Shown: positions 29,544 through 40,198, counted from the first letter of the stretch. The stretch is DNA of 64,000 bases from Acidobacteriota bacterium (GCA_963666055.2 CAXWPH010000015.1:1664001-1728000); one strand, 5' to 3'. Translations and numbers: made by a program. Notes: generated by a model not told the origin, from the sequence alone.

Positions 29544-30772
29544 GCGTCGCCGAGGCGCTGCTGAGCGCGGTCACCAATCTGGCGACGCACAAGCTACGAT
29601 CGGCGCTGACCATGCTCGGCATGATCTTCGGGGTCGGCGCCGTGATCGCAATGCTGTCGATCGGCGCCGGAGCCGAGCGCCAGGCGATGGAGATCATTGA
29701 TCGCATGGGGCTGCGCAACGTGCTCGTACGCGATGTCGATCGTAGCGAGGACGAGCTCAACGAGATCCGGCGGAAGTCGTTGGGGGTCTCGCTGCGCGAC
29801 GCGAGCGTGATTCGCGACGGGATTCCCGGAGTAGATCTTGCGGTGCCCCGAGTCGAGATCGACGCGTACCGGATCATGGCGGTGGAGTCGCGCGCCGAGG
29901 GGAGTGTGATCGGGGTGTCGTACCGACAGGCCGAGCTGTCGGGGCTGCGTATCAGCGAGGGGCGGTTCCTCGATCGCCTCGATGAAGAGCTCCATGCGCA
30001 GGTGTGTGTTGTCGGTGCGGGAGTCCGACGGGATCTGTTTGGTGTTGGCACGGCGCTCGGCGGCCAAGTCAAGATCAACAACGTCTGGTTTGAGGTGGTG
30101 GGTGTGCTCGAGGAGGTCGGCGGTGCCGGATCATTCGAGGGAGTGGACATCGGTACCACTGCTTCAGAGATCTATGTCCCGGTCAGCACCGCTATTCGGA
30201 AGTTCGACCGCGAGCCGCTGCGCGCGCCGGTCGACGAGATCGTCGTACGACTCGACGACCAGGCATCGCCGCAGGCAAGTGCCGTCGCCATCCGGCGGCT
30301 GCTCGAGCGGATCCACGGGGGCGAGGACGATTTCGAGCTGGTGATTCCGGAGGCGCTGCTGGATCAGAGCCAGCGGACGCAGCGGCTCTTCAACATCGTC
30401 ATGGGTTGTATCGCCGGCATCTCATTGCTCGTCGGCGGTATCGGCATCACCAACATCATGTTGGCCACGGTGCTGGAGCGCACGCGTGAGATCGGCATTC
30501 GGCGGGCGGTCGGCGCCCGCCGGCAAGAGATTCGCGCCCAGTTCATGATCGAGGCGTTCGCGATCAGCGTCATCGGCGGCGCCGCCGGCGTCGCGATGGG
30601 CATCATCATTGCCAAGGTGGTGGCGGCGTCAGCCGGCTGGGAGACTGTCGTGACGGCGTCGTCGATCGTGTTGTCGACGAGCGTGTCGATGGCGGCAGGA
30701 CTGGTCTCCGGCATCTACCCGGCCACTCGCGCTGCGCAGCTCGATCCCATCGAGGCGCTGCGCTACGAGTAA
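29540..30772 (+). CDS. ABC transporter permease, MacB-like
   Basis: KLRSALTMLGMIFGV, GGIGITNIM, ERTREIGIRRAVGA, DPIEALRYE; TTG start overlapping upstream stop inferred. Confidence 0.95.
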   Translation: MSVAEALLSAVTNLATHKLRSALTMLGMIFGVGAVIAMLSIGAGAERQAMEIIDRMGLRNVLVRDVDRSEDELNEIRRKSLGVSLRDASVIRDGIPGVDLAVPRVEIDAYRIMAVESRAEGSVIGVSYRQAELSGLRISEGRFLDRLDEELHAQVCVVGAGVRRDLFGVGTALGGQVKINNVWFEVVGVLEEVGGAGSFEGVDIGTTASEIYVPVSTAIRKFDREPLRAPVDEIVVRLDDQASPQASAVAIRRLLERIHGGEDDFELVIPEALLDQSQRTQRLFNIVMGCIAGISLLVGGIGITNIMLATVLERTREIGIRRAVGARRQEIRAQFMIEAFAISVIGGAAGVAMGIIIAKVVAASAGWETVVTASSIVLSTSVSMAAGLVSGIYPATRAAQLDPIEALRYE

Positions 30773-30809
30773 CGCCCACCGCCCGGACTAGTGGATCTGT
30801 TACCGGCCA

Positions 30810-31088
30810 CTAGCAGACCGTGGTGAAAGTGTGGTGGATCTGGCGACAGGGTCTTGCGAAGTGGAGGCAAGGAGAGAGGAGGAGGCGATGGATACCCCAT
30901 CGTTGACGAGGAACGACGCAGGATACGCGCGCAACCCCCTGTCGCCCGAAGAGTTACGTCGATTTGGGGCCATCTGCGGTGTTGGCCTTTCTCGACGATG
31001 GCCGGGGCATCGCCAGTGTCAGGCCGCCTTGCATCTGGCCCCAACTCGCCGTAACCAGACCCACCACACTTTCACCACGGCCTGCTAG
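30810..31088. mobile_element. 279-bp MITE-like element with ~34-bp terminal inverted repeats, CTAG at both ends
   Basis: Left CTAGCAGACCGTGGTGAAAGTGTGGTGGATCTGG vs reverse complement of right CTAGCAGGCCGTGGTGAAAGTGTGGTGGGTCTGG (2 mismatches); no transposase. Confidence 0.85.
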
Positions 31089-32608
31089 CGCACCTTCTCG
31101 GAGTAGTTCCCATGTTGGCGTAGGCGCGTCACGGCGCCGCTCGTATCGACCTCGAACACCCACTCCTCGCCGGGCTCGCCGTTGTCACGCACACGGTGGA
31201 ACGTGTTTCCTTCGATGTGCGTGAGCTTGGTTAGCCCACCGAGCGGGTCATCGGTTGGCAAGCCCATGCTGGCGAGGCCGTCCTCCCAGAGCACGATTGC
31301 CGACTCCCCCCAGGTGGAGCGGTACAGGCCGAGGTAACGCTCGAGCTCGCTGTTGTCCGGATCGACGTCAGCCGAGTCAGTGGTGGCCTCGTCGTGCGCC
31401 GCGTCGGCTTCTGCGGCTGCCGACAGTGCCGGCCCGACGATCTCGTAGGCGCGGCGCGCATAAAGACCCGGGCTCACGCCCAGCGCGTTGGCCATGACAG
31501 TGACCGCTACGCGGTCCCGCGGCTGCAGCGTGAGGCTACTGCGAAAACCTGGACACGAGCCTCCGTGGCCGACGAACGTCGTGTCGTCACTGCGTGACAC
31601 CGAGAAGCCGAGTCCCCAGTGAGCGCTCCAGTTCTCGTCGACCCAGTGCACTCGGTGCATCTCGCGCAGGGTGTTAGCAGCCAGTACCTCGGTCTCTCCG
31701 CTGGCCAGGAGCCGGAACTGCCATGAGGCGAACTTGGCGAGGTCCTCCACCGTCGAGGCGAAGCCGGCTGCAGGCGAGATGCCGCGCGCCTGGAAGACTG
31801 GGATCTGCTCGCGGGGCCCCTCTCGGCGCGGTGGACCGTATCCTGTCGCCAGGCGCCCGCTGGCCTCGTCGGCAGGGATCTCCGTAGTCGTCGAGCTCAT
31901 ATCCAGCGGCCTCAGGATGTGCTCCTGGATGTAATCGGCATAGTGCTGTCCCGATACCGCCGCTACCGTCTCGCCTGCCAGGGTCAGGCCGAGGTTGGAG
32001 TACTGGAGGTATGTGTCGGCCGGGTAGAGCGTGCGTTGGCGTGAGACACTCTCGGTGATCTGCTCGCGCGTCGGGAAGAGGAACTCAGGACCGGTCCAGT
32101 ACGGGTGCGCAGACTCTCGCGGTAGTCCCGAGGAGTGCGTCAGGACGCCGCGCAGGGTAGCTCGCCCGGAGTCAGCGTGTGATTCCTCGATGTCGAACCA
32201 CGGAAGATGGTCACGGATCTCGTCGTCGAGGCGCAGGTTGCCGGCATCGCGCTGTTGCATGACAGCGATGCTGGTGAACAGCTTAGAGATCGAGCAGATG
32301 CTATAGATCGTCTGCGGCGTCGCCGGCTGGCGACGCTCGAGGTCGGCGAAACCGAATCCGCGCGCCCAGACGATGCTCTGGTCGTGAACGATCGCCGCTG
32401 ACAGACCCGGAATGCGCTTGTAGGCGAGCTCGGCGTCAAGCCAGGTTTCGAGCAGTCGCAGCGCCTTCGCGACGCCCGGGTTGTCGGCCACCCGGTCTGG
32501 TGGAATCCCGGCGGGCGGTGCTGCGTCGGCAACCGCCTGCGCCCAGGCGTTGGCGGGGATGGACAAGCTCAACACCAGTACCCAGAGGGTGATTCGTCGC
32601 ATGGTCAT
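31085..32608 (-). CDS. secreted serine hydrolase, beta-lactamase family
   Basis: Signal peptide, SISK (SxxK), YSN, GHGG. Confidence 0.9.
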   Translation of the reverse strand: MTMRRITLWVLVLSLSIPANAWAQAVADAAPPAGIPPDRVADNPGVAKALRLLETWLDAELAYKRIPGLSAAIVHDQSIVWARGFGFADLERRQPATPQTIYSICSISKLFTSIAVMQQRDAGNLRLDDEIRDHLPWFDIEESHADSGRATLRGVLTHSSGLPRESAHPYWTGPEFLFPTREQITESVSRQRTLYPADTYLQYSNLGLTLAGETVAAVSGQHYADYIQEHILRPLDMSSTTTEIPADEASGRLATGYGPPRREGPREQIPVFQARGISPAAGFASTVEDLAKFASWQFRLLASGETEVLAANTLREMHRVHWVDENWSAHWGLGFSVSRSDDTTFVGHGGSCPGFRSSLTLQPRDRVAVTVMANALGVSPGLYARRAYEIVGPALSAAAEADAAHDEATTDSADVDPDNSELERYLGLYRSTWGESAIVLWEDGLASMGLPTDDPLGGLTKLTHIEGNTFHRVRDNGEPGEEWVFEVDTSGAVTRLRQHGNYSEKVR

Positions 32609-32771
32609 GCTCCGAGCTGTGGGACGACAACAATGTCGCCCAGGGCCGCATGCTATCGCTCGCAGGAGCGTGAGTCAGGGGTGCGCGGCGACTGCGTACA
32701 CGAACAGTGGGATGTCGCGACCGCGCCACCATGCGACACTCCGCGGGAGGATTCCACCCGAGGTCCGTGTC

Positions 32772-33611
32772 ATGAACACAGCCACTGTCAGACTGGCGCT
32801 CGCGCTGCCACTCCTGCTGGCCGCCGAGTCGCCTCACATCCCTGTCGCGAGGACTCCAGTGCTGCAGCGCGCCGCAATTCATGAGCTCGATCTGGCGCTC
32901 GACGACGGTACCCAACTGCACTATGCCGTGGCGATTCCCGATGACATCGATGCCGAGGAGTCACTGCCGCTGGTTGTGGCGCTTCACTATGGCTGGCGAG
33001 GTGAACAATCCCCGCGGCTCGGGCGCGACTTCCTGCGCATCCTGGTCGAGCCCGGCGTCGGCGACACGCGAGCTATCCTCGTGGCTCCGAATTGCCCGGA
33101 GGGCTCGTGGAACCACCCGCGAGCCGAAGCCGCCGTGCTTGATCTGGTGGACGCGGTGGTGCGTGAGTATCCGGTCGATACGGATCGCATCCTGGTGACG
33201 GGATTCAGCCTCGGCGGCATGGGCACATGGTTCTTCGCCGCCAACCATGCCGAGGTGTTCGATGCCGCGATCGCCATCGCTTCCGTACCCGTCATCGACC
33301 ATGGTGCCGGGTCGCGCGCCGACCCGGAGACCTTTCTCGCCGCGTTGGCGGACGGGGCAGCGCCGTGGGTAAGCGGGCTGATGCGCGTCCCATTCTTCGT
33401 AATCAATAGTCGTGCCGACGAGCTGATTCCCTTCGCCCAGGCCGAGGCCGCGACCGCGGCGCTGGCCGAGCTCGGCGCACCGGTGCGGTTCCTTCCGTTG
33501 GAGGGCATCAGTCACTACCAGTCGGCCGGCTACGTGCCGGCCCTGCAACAGGGGGTCCGCTGGGTGCTGCAGCAATGGGGCGACGCCCCCGAGCCGGGCT
33601 CTCGTCAATAG
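32772..33611 (+). CDS. alpha/beta hydrolase (esterase/peptidase-like)
   Basis: PLVVALH, DRILVTGFSLGG nucleophile elbow, DELIP, C-terminal His. Confidence 0.85.
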   Translation: MNTATVRLALALPLLLAAESPHIPVARTPVLQRAAIHELDLALDDGTQLHYAVAIPDDIDAEESLPLVVALHYGWRGEQSPRLGRDFLRILVEPGVGDTRAILVAPNCPEGSWNHPRAEAAVLDLVDAVVREYPVDTDRILVTGFSLGGMGTWFFAANHAEVFDAAIAIASVPVIDHGAGSRADPETFLAALADGAAPWVSGLMRVPFFVINSRADELIPFAQAEAATAALAELGAPVRFLPLEGISHYQSAGYVPALQQGVRWVLQQWGDAPEPGSRQ

Positions 33612-33629
33612 TTCGGAGTTGTCGTGGTG

Positions 33630-36311
33630 ATGAATACTCGGCTTTCGCGTCATGCGTTCCTCGGTTTGGCACTGGCGCTCGCTTCGGTTGTGTCGGCCGG
33701 CGCGCAGCAACCTCGTGGCCCGATATCGACGGAAGACCGCTTCGCCCGGTACGCCGAGCACGTTCGCATGGCCGAGGCGTCGCCCTTCAAGCATCTGCGC
33801 TGGCAGTTTCTCGGACCCACCAACATCAGCGGCCGCATGACCGACGTTGCGGTGGTCACGCCGCGAGGTCAGAGCTATACGCTCTTCGTCGCCGGTGCTT
33901 CGGGCGGTGTCTGGCGTAGCCGCAACGAAGGCGTGTCGTGGGAGCCGGTGTTCGAGCGCGGCGTATCCACGTCGATAGGTGACGTCACGATCGCGCCGTC
34001 CAACCAGGACATCGTCTGGATCGGAACGGGCGAGGCCAATATCTTCCGCAGCTCGATGGCCGGGTCGGGGGTATACAAGTCGACCGACGGAGGCGACACC
34101 TGGGAACACAAGGGTCTGGGAGCTACTCATACCGTGGCTCGTATCGTCATCCATCCCACCGATCCCGACACCGTCTACATCGCCGCCTCTGGCCACGAAT
34201 GGACCGACAACCCGGAGCGCGGTGTCTACAAGACCACTGATGGCGGCAACACCTGGGACCACGTGCTGTTCATCAACGATCACACCGGTGCGATCGACGT
34301 GGTTGCAGATCCCAGCGCCCCCGACACGCTGTACGTGGCCACCTGGGATCGCCTGCGACACAAGTGGAACGATCCGCGAAACACCCCCGACACCGATGGA
34401 TCGGGGGTGTGGAAAACTACCGATGCGGGGGCCAACTGGCGCCAGATCAACGACGGGCTGCCCTCGCCGGCCCAGCGCGGCCGCATTGGCATCGACGTTT
34501 CCTCCTCTAATACCGACGTGGTTTACGCGTTCGTCGACAACTACGACGTGGCGCGGATGCCCGAGGAGGACGAAACCGATGCTTATGGCCGACCGGGAGG
34601 GCCGGTGATCCGTGGCGCCACCGTGTACCGCTCCGACGATCGGGGTGAGAGTTGGCGGCAGACGTCTGAGAACAACGACACCATGCAAGGGCTCGGAGGC
34701 ACCTACGGCTGGGTGTTTGGCCAGATCCGTGTCGATCCCACCAACGAGGACCGCATCTACGTGATGGGCCTGAGATTGAACGTCTCCGACGATGCCGGCC
34801 GCAGCTTCCGTCGGCTCGAGGGGATGCACGGCGACCATCACGGCCTATGGATCGATCCGGACAACCCCGACTACCTGGTGAATGTGAACGACGGTGGGCT
34901 GGCGATCTCGTACGACGCGGGTGAGAACTGGCGCACCTTCGAGGACAACCTCCCGTTGGCGCAGTTCTTCAACGTCAGCCACGACATGGATGAGCCGTTC
35001 CGCGTGTACGGCTCGATCCAAGACCACGGCTCGCGACGCGGTGTTGTGGATCTCAGCCTCGGCCGTAGCAACATCTCGGCAGTTCCCTTCGAGAACGCCC
35101 CTGGAGGCGAGGGATCCACCCACGCTATAGACCCCACCGACCCTGACGTGGTGTACGCGGCGGGTTTCTACGGGAGCATATTTCGCGCCGACCTGGCATC
35201 GGGCGATCGCCAGCAGCTGGTGCCGGAGCCGGGGGAGGGGGAGGCACCCCTGCGTGGGCAGTGGGTCGCGCCGTTCATCATCTCACCGCACAACCCGCGG
35301 GTGATCTACCACGGCATGAACTTCCTGTATCGCTCGATGAACCAAGGCCAGTCATGGGAGCGGATCAGCGACGACCTGACGTACAACGAGATCGACAAGA
35401 TCGGCGATATCCAGTACCAGACGATCTACTCGATATCGGAGTCGCCGCTGCAGTTCGGCCTGCTGTACGCCGGCACCGATGACGGGCGCGTGTGGACCAC
35501 CGACGCCGCGTCTGGCTGGGCGGAGATCACGGGCGAGCTGCCGCGCGGCAAGGTCATCGCCGAGATCGTGGCGTCGCAGTACGACGTCGATACCGTTTAC
35601 ATGACGCAGAATGGCAAGCGCGACGACGACTTCGTGCCCTACCTGTGGAAGTCGACCGACCGTGGCTCCACCTGGCAGGGCATCGCCAAAGGGATTCCCG
35701 GCGGCCCGATCAACGTCATGAAAGAGGACCCCAACGTTGAGGGGGTTCTTTACGTCGGCACTGATACCGGGGCCTACGTCAGCCTCGACGGCGGCGTCGG
35801 ATGGCACGCCTTGGCAGCCGGGATCCCCAACACGTTCGTGCAGGACCTGGTCGTACATCCGCGCGATGACATCCTGGTGGCAGCGACCCACGGGCGCGGA
35901 ATGTGGGCGCTCGACCTGCGCCCGATCCAGCAGCTTATGCCCGAAGTTCGTGGGCAACCGTTACATGTGTTCGATGTCGAGTCGGTGATCCTACCGGAAC
36001 GTCGAGAAGGGTTGTCCGGTGGCGCGAACCGACCGCACGTGGCAGTCCACTACTGGCTCGGTGCTCCGAGCGAGGTGGTGATCACGGTGCAGAGCGCCGA
36101 CGATGAGGTCGTGCGCACGCTCGAGGGTACTGGCGACGCCGGCCACAACATGGCGGTATGGGATCTGTCGGTCGACGCCACCGAAGAGAATCGACCGCGG
36201 CGCGGCCCGCCCCTGGCCGGCCCTGGACGCTACACGGTTTTGGTCGACGCGGCGGCCGAGTCGGTGGAAGCGACGTTCACCGTCAGAGGCGGTGGTGGCG
36301 AGCGTCCGTAA
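33630..36311 (+). CDS. secreted BNR/Asp-box (VPS10-like) beta-propeller protein
   Basis: Many S/T-x-DGG-x-TW boxes, LGPTNISGR, ATHGRG. Confidence 0.9.
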   Translation: MNTRLSRHAFLGLALALASVVSAGAQQPRGPISTEDRFARYAEHVRMAEASPFKHLRWQFLGPTNISGRMTDVAVVTPRGQSYTLFVAGASGGVWRSRNEGVSWEPVFERGVSTSIGDVTIAPSNQDIVWIGTGEANIFRSSMAGSGVYKSTDGGDTWEHKGLGATHTVARIVIHPTDPDTVYIAASGHEWTDNPERGVYKTTDGGNTWDHVLFINDHTGAIDVVADPSAPDTLYVATWDRLRHKWNDPRNTPDTDGSGVWKTTDAGANWRQINDGLPSPAQRGRIGIDVSSSNTDVVYAFVDNYDVARMPEEDETDAYGRPGGPVIRGATVYRSDDRGESWRQTSENNDTMQGLGGTYGWVFGQIRVDPTNEDRIYVMGLRLNVSDDAGRSFRRLEGMHGDHHGLWIDPDNPDYLVNVNDGGLAISYDAGENWRTFEDNLPLAQFFNVSHDMDEPFRVYGSIQDHGSRRGVVDLSLGRSNISAVPFENAPGGEGSTHAIDPTDPDVVYAAGFYGSIFRADLASGDRQQLVPEPGEGEAPLRGQWVAPFIISPHNPRVIYHGMNFLYRSMNQGQSWERISDDLTYNEIDKIGDIQYQTIYSISESPLQFGLLYAGTDDGRVWTTDAASGWAEITGELPRGKVIAEIVASQYDVDTVYMTQNGKRDDDFVPYLWKSTDRGSTWQGIAKGIPGGPINVMKEDPNVEGVLYVGTDTGAYVSLDGGVGWHALAAGIPNTFVQDLVVHPRDDILVAATHGRGMWALDLRPIQQLMPEVRGQPLHVFDVESVILPERREGLSGGANRPHVAVHYWLGAPSEVVITVQSADDEVVRTLEGTGDAGHNMAVWDLSVDATEENRPRRGPPLAGPGRYTVLVDAAAESVEATFTVRGGGGERP

Positions 36312-37968
36312 GATCCTGACGCTCGCTCTTGTCGGCACCCTGGCGGCAGGATGCAGCCAACCGATTCTCGACGATAGGGCGCAGCTGGAGGTTCTCATCG
36401 AGCGCTACATCGGCGCCCGCGACTCGGAGTCGACGGCGTCGAGGGACATGCGCGCTGCCGCCTTCGTTGGCAGGATCGCCGCCAGCCGGGTACTGCTGGC
36501 GCAGTTGCGCGACGTTTCCATCGACGCCTTGTCGCGCCCCCAGCGCATCGACCGTGCCTATCTGATCGGTGCCCTGGAGGCGGAGATCTTCGACGCCGAA
36601 GCGCTGCGGCGCTGGGAAACGGATCCCACGATCTACGTTCCTGCGGGCTCGATCGCGGGCGCTCTCAATGCCGCCGAGTCCGAACCTACAGAGGGCACGC
36701 TGGAGCATCTCGCCACCTTGCTGGGGGACATCCCGTTGGCAACCAAGGCGGCGCGGGCCAACCTTGGCAGGCCCCCACGCAGGTTTACTGAAGCGGCGAT
36801 CTTCGAGGTTTCCGCCACCCTCGCGGTGTTGCGTGAGCGCGGCTCGGCGATCGCGGAGACTGCCACCGGGACAGGTCTCGTCGATGCCACCGGTGCTGCA
36901 ATCGAGGCTCTGCGGGCCTTCGAAGGCTATCTGCGCAACGATGTGCTGCCGCGCTCCGACGGTGTTTGGGCCATCGGCAAGAAGCACTACGACTTCCTAG
37001 TGCAGCATCGCTGGCTGCTCGATGCCGATGCCGACGCGATCCTGGAGAGGGGTCGGCGAGCGTTCGATGAAACCGAAGCAAGGGCTCAGGAGGTCGCTGA
37101 GCGCATCGCCCCCGGCATGCACTGGATCGATGTCTACGAGTCGGTCAAGGATGATCATCAGCCCTTCGACGCGATCAAGGGCGCCTATCAATCTCAGGTG
37201 GACGCGGCGCGTGCGTTTGTTCGTGATCATCAGGTGGTCACGCTGCCAGATGGCGAGCATGTCATCACCGTGGACACGCCACCCGCCCTGCGGCGGTCGT
37301 CGCCGTTCGGTACGTTTCAGACGGTGCGACCGTTCGACGACGGGCTCGAAGGGCGGCTCGTGCTCACGCCAATCGATGCGTCACTGCCAGCCGATCAGCG
37401 CCTCGAGCGATCACGCTCGCACCATCACGCCTGGACGCCGATCATCGCCGTCCACGAGGCTTATCCGGGACATCATGTACACGCGTTGAAAGCGAGGCAG
37501 AACATCCGGCTGTTGCGGCGCGTGGCCGACGAGCCCATCACGCTCGAGGGCTGGGGGCTATTCACCGAGAAGCTGATGTTCGAGCTCGGCTTCCTGGCGG
37601 GAGACGAAGTCGAGCTCACCATCCTGCGCAACCGGCTGTGGCGGGCGGCGCGCGTTATTCTCGACGTGAGCCTGCACACAGGCCGTATTGAAATTCGGCA
37701 GGCAGTCGATTTTCTCGTCAATCGTGTTCGCTTCGAGCGCCGTGCAGCGGAGCTCGAGGTGGGCATGTATCCGCGACGCCCGACCTACGTGCTCGGTTAC
37801 CTCATCGGCATGCAGGAGATCGAGCGGCTACGCGACGATTGGGTGGTTGCCAACGGACCGCCGAACCCACCGTCCAAGCTATACGATGCTCTCCTGTCGG
37901 CCGGCGGCATCCCGCCGGCGCTCATCCGCGCCGAGCTGCTCGGCGAGGAAATACCGGAGCGTCAGTGA
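36292..37968 (+). CDS. DUF885 family lipoprotein
   Basis: Lipobox LAAGC, HEAYPGHH, EGWGLF.E, LWRAARV..D..LH. Confidence 0.9.
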   Translation: MVASVRKILTLALVGTLAAGCSQPILDDRAQLEVLIERYIGARDSESTASRDMRAAAFVGRIAASRVLLAQLRDVSIDALSRPQRIDRAYLIGALEAEIFDAEALRRWETDPTIYVPAGSIAGALNAAESEPTEGTLEHLATLLGDIPLATKAARANLGRPPRRFTEAAIFEVSATLAVLRERGSAIAETATGTGLVDATGAAIEALRAFEGYLRNDVLPRSDGVWAIGKKHYDFLVQHRWLLDADADAILERGRRAFDETEARAQEVAERIAPGMHWIDVYESVKDDHQPFDAIKGAYQSQVDAARAFVRDHQVVTLPDGEHVITVDTPPALRRSSPFGTFQTVRPFDDGLEGRLVLTPIDASLPADQRLERSRSHHHAWTPIIAVHEAYPGHHVHALKARQNIRLLRRVADEPITLEGWGLFTEKLMFELGFLAGDEVELTILRNRLWRAARVILDVSLHTGRIEIRQAVDFLVNRVRFERRAAELEVGMYPRRPTYVLGYLIGMQEIERLRDDWVVANGPPNPPSKLYDALLSAGGIPPALIRAELLGEEIPERQ

Positions 37969-38014
37969 ACACGTCGTCGGGCGGGATCTCCTGCCCCCGC
38001 TGGAGGCCTACTCG

Positions 38015-38767
38015 ATGGTGGTGAAGCTGCCGAGCGGTGCGGACCTGGATGGCATGCGTGCCGTCGCCCGCGTCGTGGCGGGCACCATCGAGAGCATGCG
38101 GCGCGAGCTGCGAGCCGGTATCACCACGCGAGAGCTCGACGCGGTAGGGCGCCGCGAGCTTGCTACCCACGGCGCCCGCTCCGCACCCGAGCTGGTGTAC
38201 GGATTTCCCGCCGCCACCTGCATCAGCGTCAACGACCAAGCGGCTCACGGGATTCCTGGCGACCGTGAGGTGCGCGATGCGGATCTGGTCAACATCGACG
38301 TTTCCGCCGAGCTCGACGGCTATTATGCCGACGCTGGCGCGTCGTTCCCGGTGGGTGCGGTCGCTCCGCTGGCGCAGCAACTCTGCGACGCCGCGCAGGA
38401 GGCGCTGCGCGAGGCGCTGCGCGCAGTTCGCCCCGGCAAGCTCGTCAACACGGTTGGTCGGGCCGTCGAAAGGGTGGCCCGCAAACGAGGATTTCGAGTG
38501 ATTCGCAACCTCTGCGGACATGGGGTGGGGCGCAGCATCCACGAGGACCCCCGTACGCTGCTCAACTACTACGAGCCGCGCGACCGCCGGCGTTTCAGCG
38601 AGGGCCTGGTGCTCACCGTCGAGCCGTTCTTGTCGATCTCGGCGAACCGCGCCGTTCAGGATGATGATGGTTGGACTCTGCGCACGGCCGACGGCAGCCT
38701 GGCGGCGCAGTACGAGCACACGGTGGTGGTGACCCGCAGCGGCGCCGAGTTGTTGACGGCTCTATGA
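38015..38767 (+). CDS. map: type I methionine aminopeptidase
   Basis: CISVND..AHGIP, NIDVS, YYAD, GHGVG..IHE.P, TVEP, AQYEHT; GGAGG RBS. Confidence 0.95.
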   Translation: MVVKLPSGADLDGMRAVARVVAGTIESMRRELRAGITTRELDAVGRRELATHGARSAPELVYGFPAATCISVNDQAAHGIPGDREVRDADLVNIDVSAELDGYYADAGASFPVGAVAPLAQQLCDAAQEALREALRAVRPGKLVNTVGRAVERVARKRGFRVIRNLCGHGVGRSIHEDPRTLLNYYEPRDRRRFSEGLVLTVEPFLSISANRAVQDDDGWTLRTADGSLAAQYEHTVVVTRSGAELLTAL

Positions 38768-38899
38768 TCGAGCAGGTTGCAGAGGGCGTGCTGCGGACAC
38801 TTTGGCGCCGCCAGCGCGCATCCGGATCATCAGGCAGCAGGGTGAGGTGAACCGCCGTCCTCCGCAGACGAGCTAGGCTTCGGCAGCGATGTGCTTCGC

Positions 38900-39611
38900 G
38901 CTGCACGATGTAGTCGCCGCCGGGAACCTGCATCGGCCCGTTGACAATCGTGCCCCCGAGCTCGGTGATCTGTGCCGCCGCGGTATCGCAGCTGCCGACT
39001 TCAGCGTAGTAGAGCCACGCCGCTATCGGCATTTTCTCGGGCTTTTTCCACATCCCGCCCACGTCTCGGCCGTTGACGCGGAAGACGCGATAAGTGCCGA
39101 GATCCTCGCCCAGGTCCATATCGCTCGAGATCTCCCAGCCGAACAGCGCGGAGTAGAAGCTCCAGGCGGCTTCCAGGTCAGTGGTGGCGAGCTCGTTCCA
39201 GGAGAACTCGCCGCTCTCAGCATCGCGGTCGGTCCGGGGCGGGCTCAGCGGTTGGTAGAACCCCACTACGGCGCCCTGCGGATCCATCAGCACGGCGACC
39301 TTTCCAATCTCCGGCAGCTCCATCTCGTGCAAGATGTTGGCGCCCAGCTCGCGGGCCTGGCTGACTTTGGCGGAGATGTCATCGGCGTGGATGTAGCCTA
39401 GCCAATGGGTCGGAGCTCCCTGCTCTTTGGCTTCCTCGGGGAGCTGCATGCAGCCGGCCACCGGGTCGTCGCCGAGCACGAACAGGTCGTAGGGCATGTC
39501 GCCCGGAAACTTCTGCTGAGCCCATCCGACGAGTTGCGTGTAGAAGTCGATCGACCCGGCGGGGTCCGTGGACATGATCTCGTACCAAATGAAGCGTCCC
39601 TGGTCGGCCAA
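38900..39611 (-). pseudogene. two-domain VOC/glyoxalase protein, 3'-truncated
   Basis: GRFIWYE and GEFSWNEL repeats; second domain breaks after GGDYIVQ and lacks the DPQG seen in domain 1; TTG start at 39611 with GGAGG. Confidence 0.75.
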
Positions 39612-39779
39612 GGGTACCTCCGTCTCTGGATGAACGAGGCTGCGTCTCGCGAAGCGAACATTCTCGGCCACGGCGTGTCATCGCGCTAGCGGTACTCAGC
39701 TCCGTGTCACCGGTGCTCCGCTCAACGCATCCTCGTCGATGTGAACGTTAAATCTATGGTGTCAGAATAAGCTATTTAT

Positions 39780-39792
39780 TATCAACAAGTTA
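39780..39792 (+). promoter_or_regulatory. IHF consensus site
   Basis: TATCAACAAGTTA matches WATCAANNNNTTR, preceded by an AT-rich tract. Confidence 0.6.
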
Positions 39793-40198
39793 TGGATTAT
39801 TAGACAAGCATAGTGGTCCTTGTGTCACCAGATAGTCACGGTAGACACGGCGTGTCGGGACACCATCGGAGTCATCGAGAAAGCCCCGTCGGTTTCCAGA
39901 CAAGGAACGATCACTGACATGAACAGCACGCGCCTCGATCAGGGGGCGTGCTGTCTGGTAGAGCCTGGATCAGGGCACTGCATCGGCACTGCCGCAGGCG
40001 ATGGCCATCATCACCATCGCCAACCCGCCCTCGCCCCAGGCCAGTTTGGCGCTTGAATCAGCGGAACTCGCCGCCGCGAGCATCTGGGCTCTAAGCGTTC
40101 CGCAGGCCGCTAGCAGAATCCCTGTCCTGGCCGCCGTCGAGCACCGGGAGTGACGCATTGCCGCATCAATCCTCTCGCGGCTCTCACGGATGCTCCTG

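Noticed and set aside
32961-34841. 626-aa minus-strand ORF
   Set aside because: Antisense shadow of two well-supported plus-strand genes, typical of high-GC DNA
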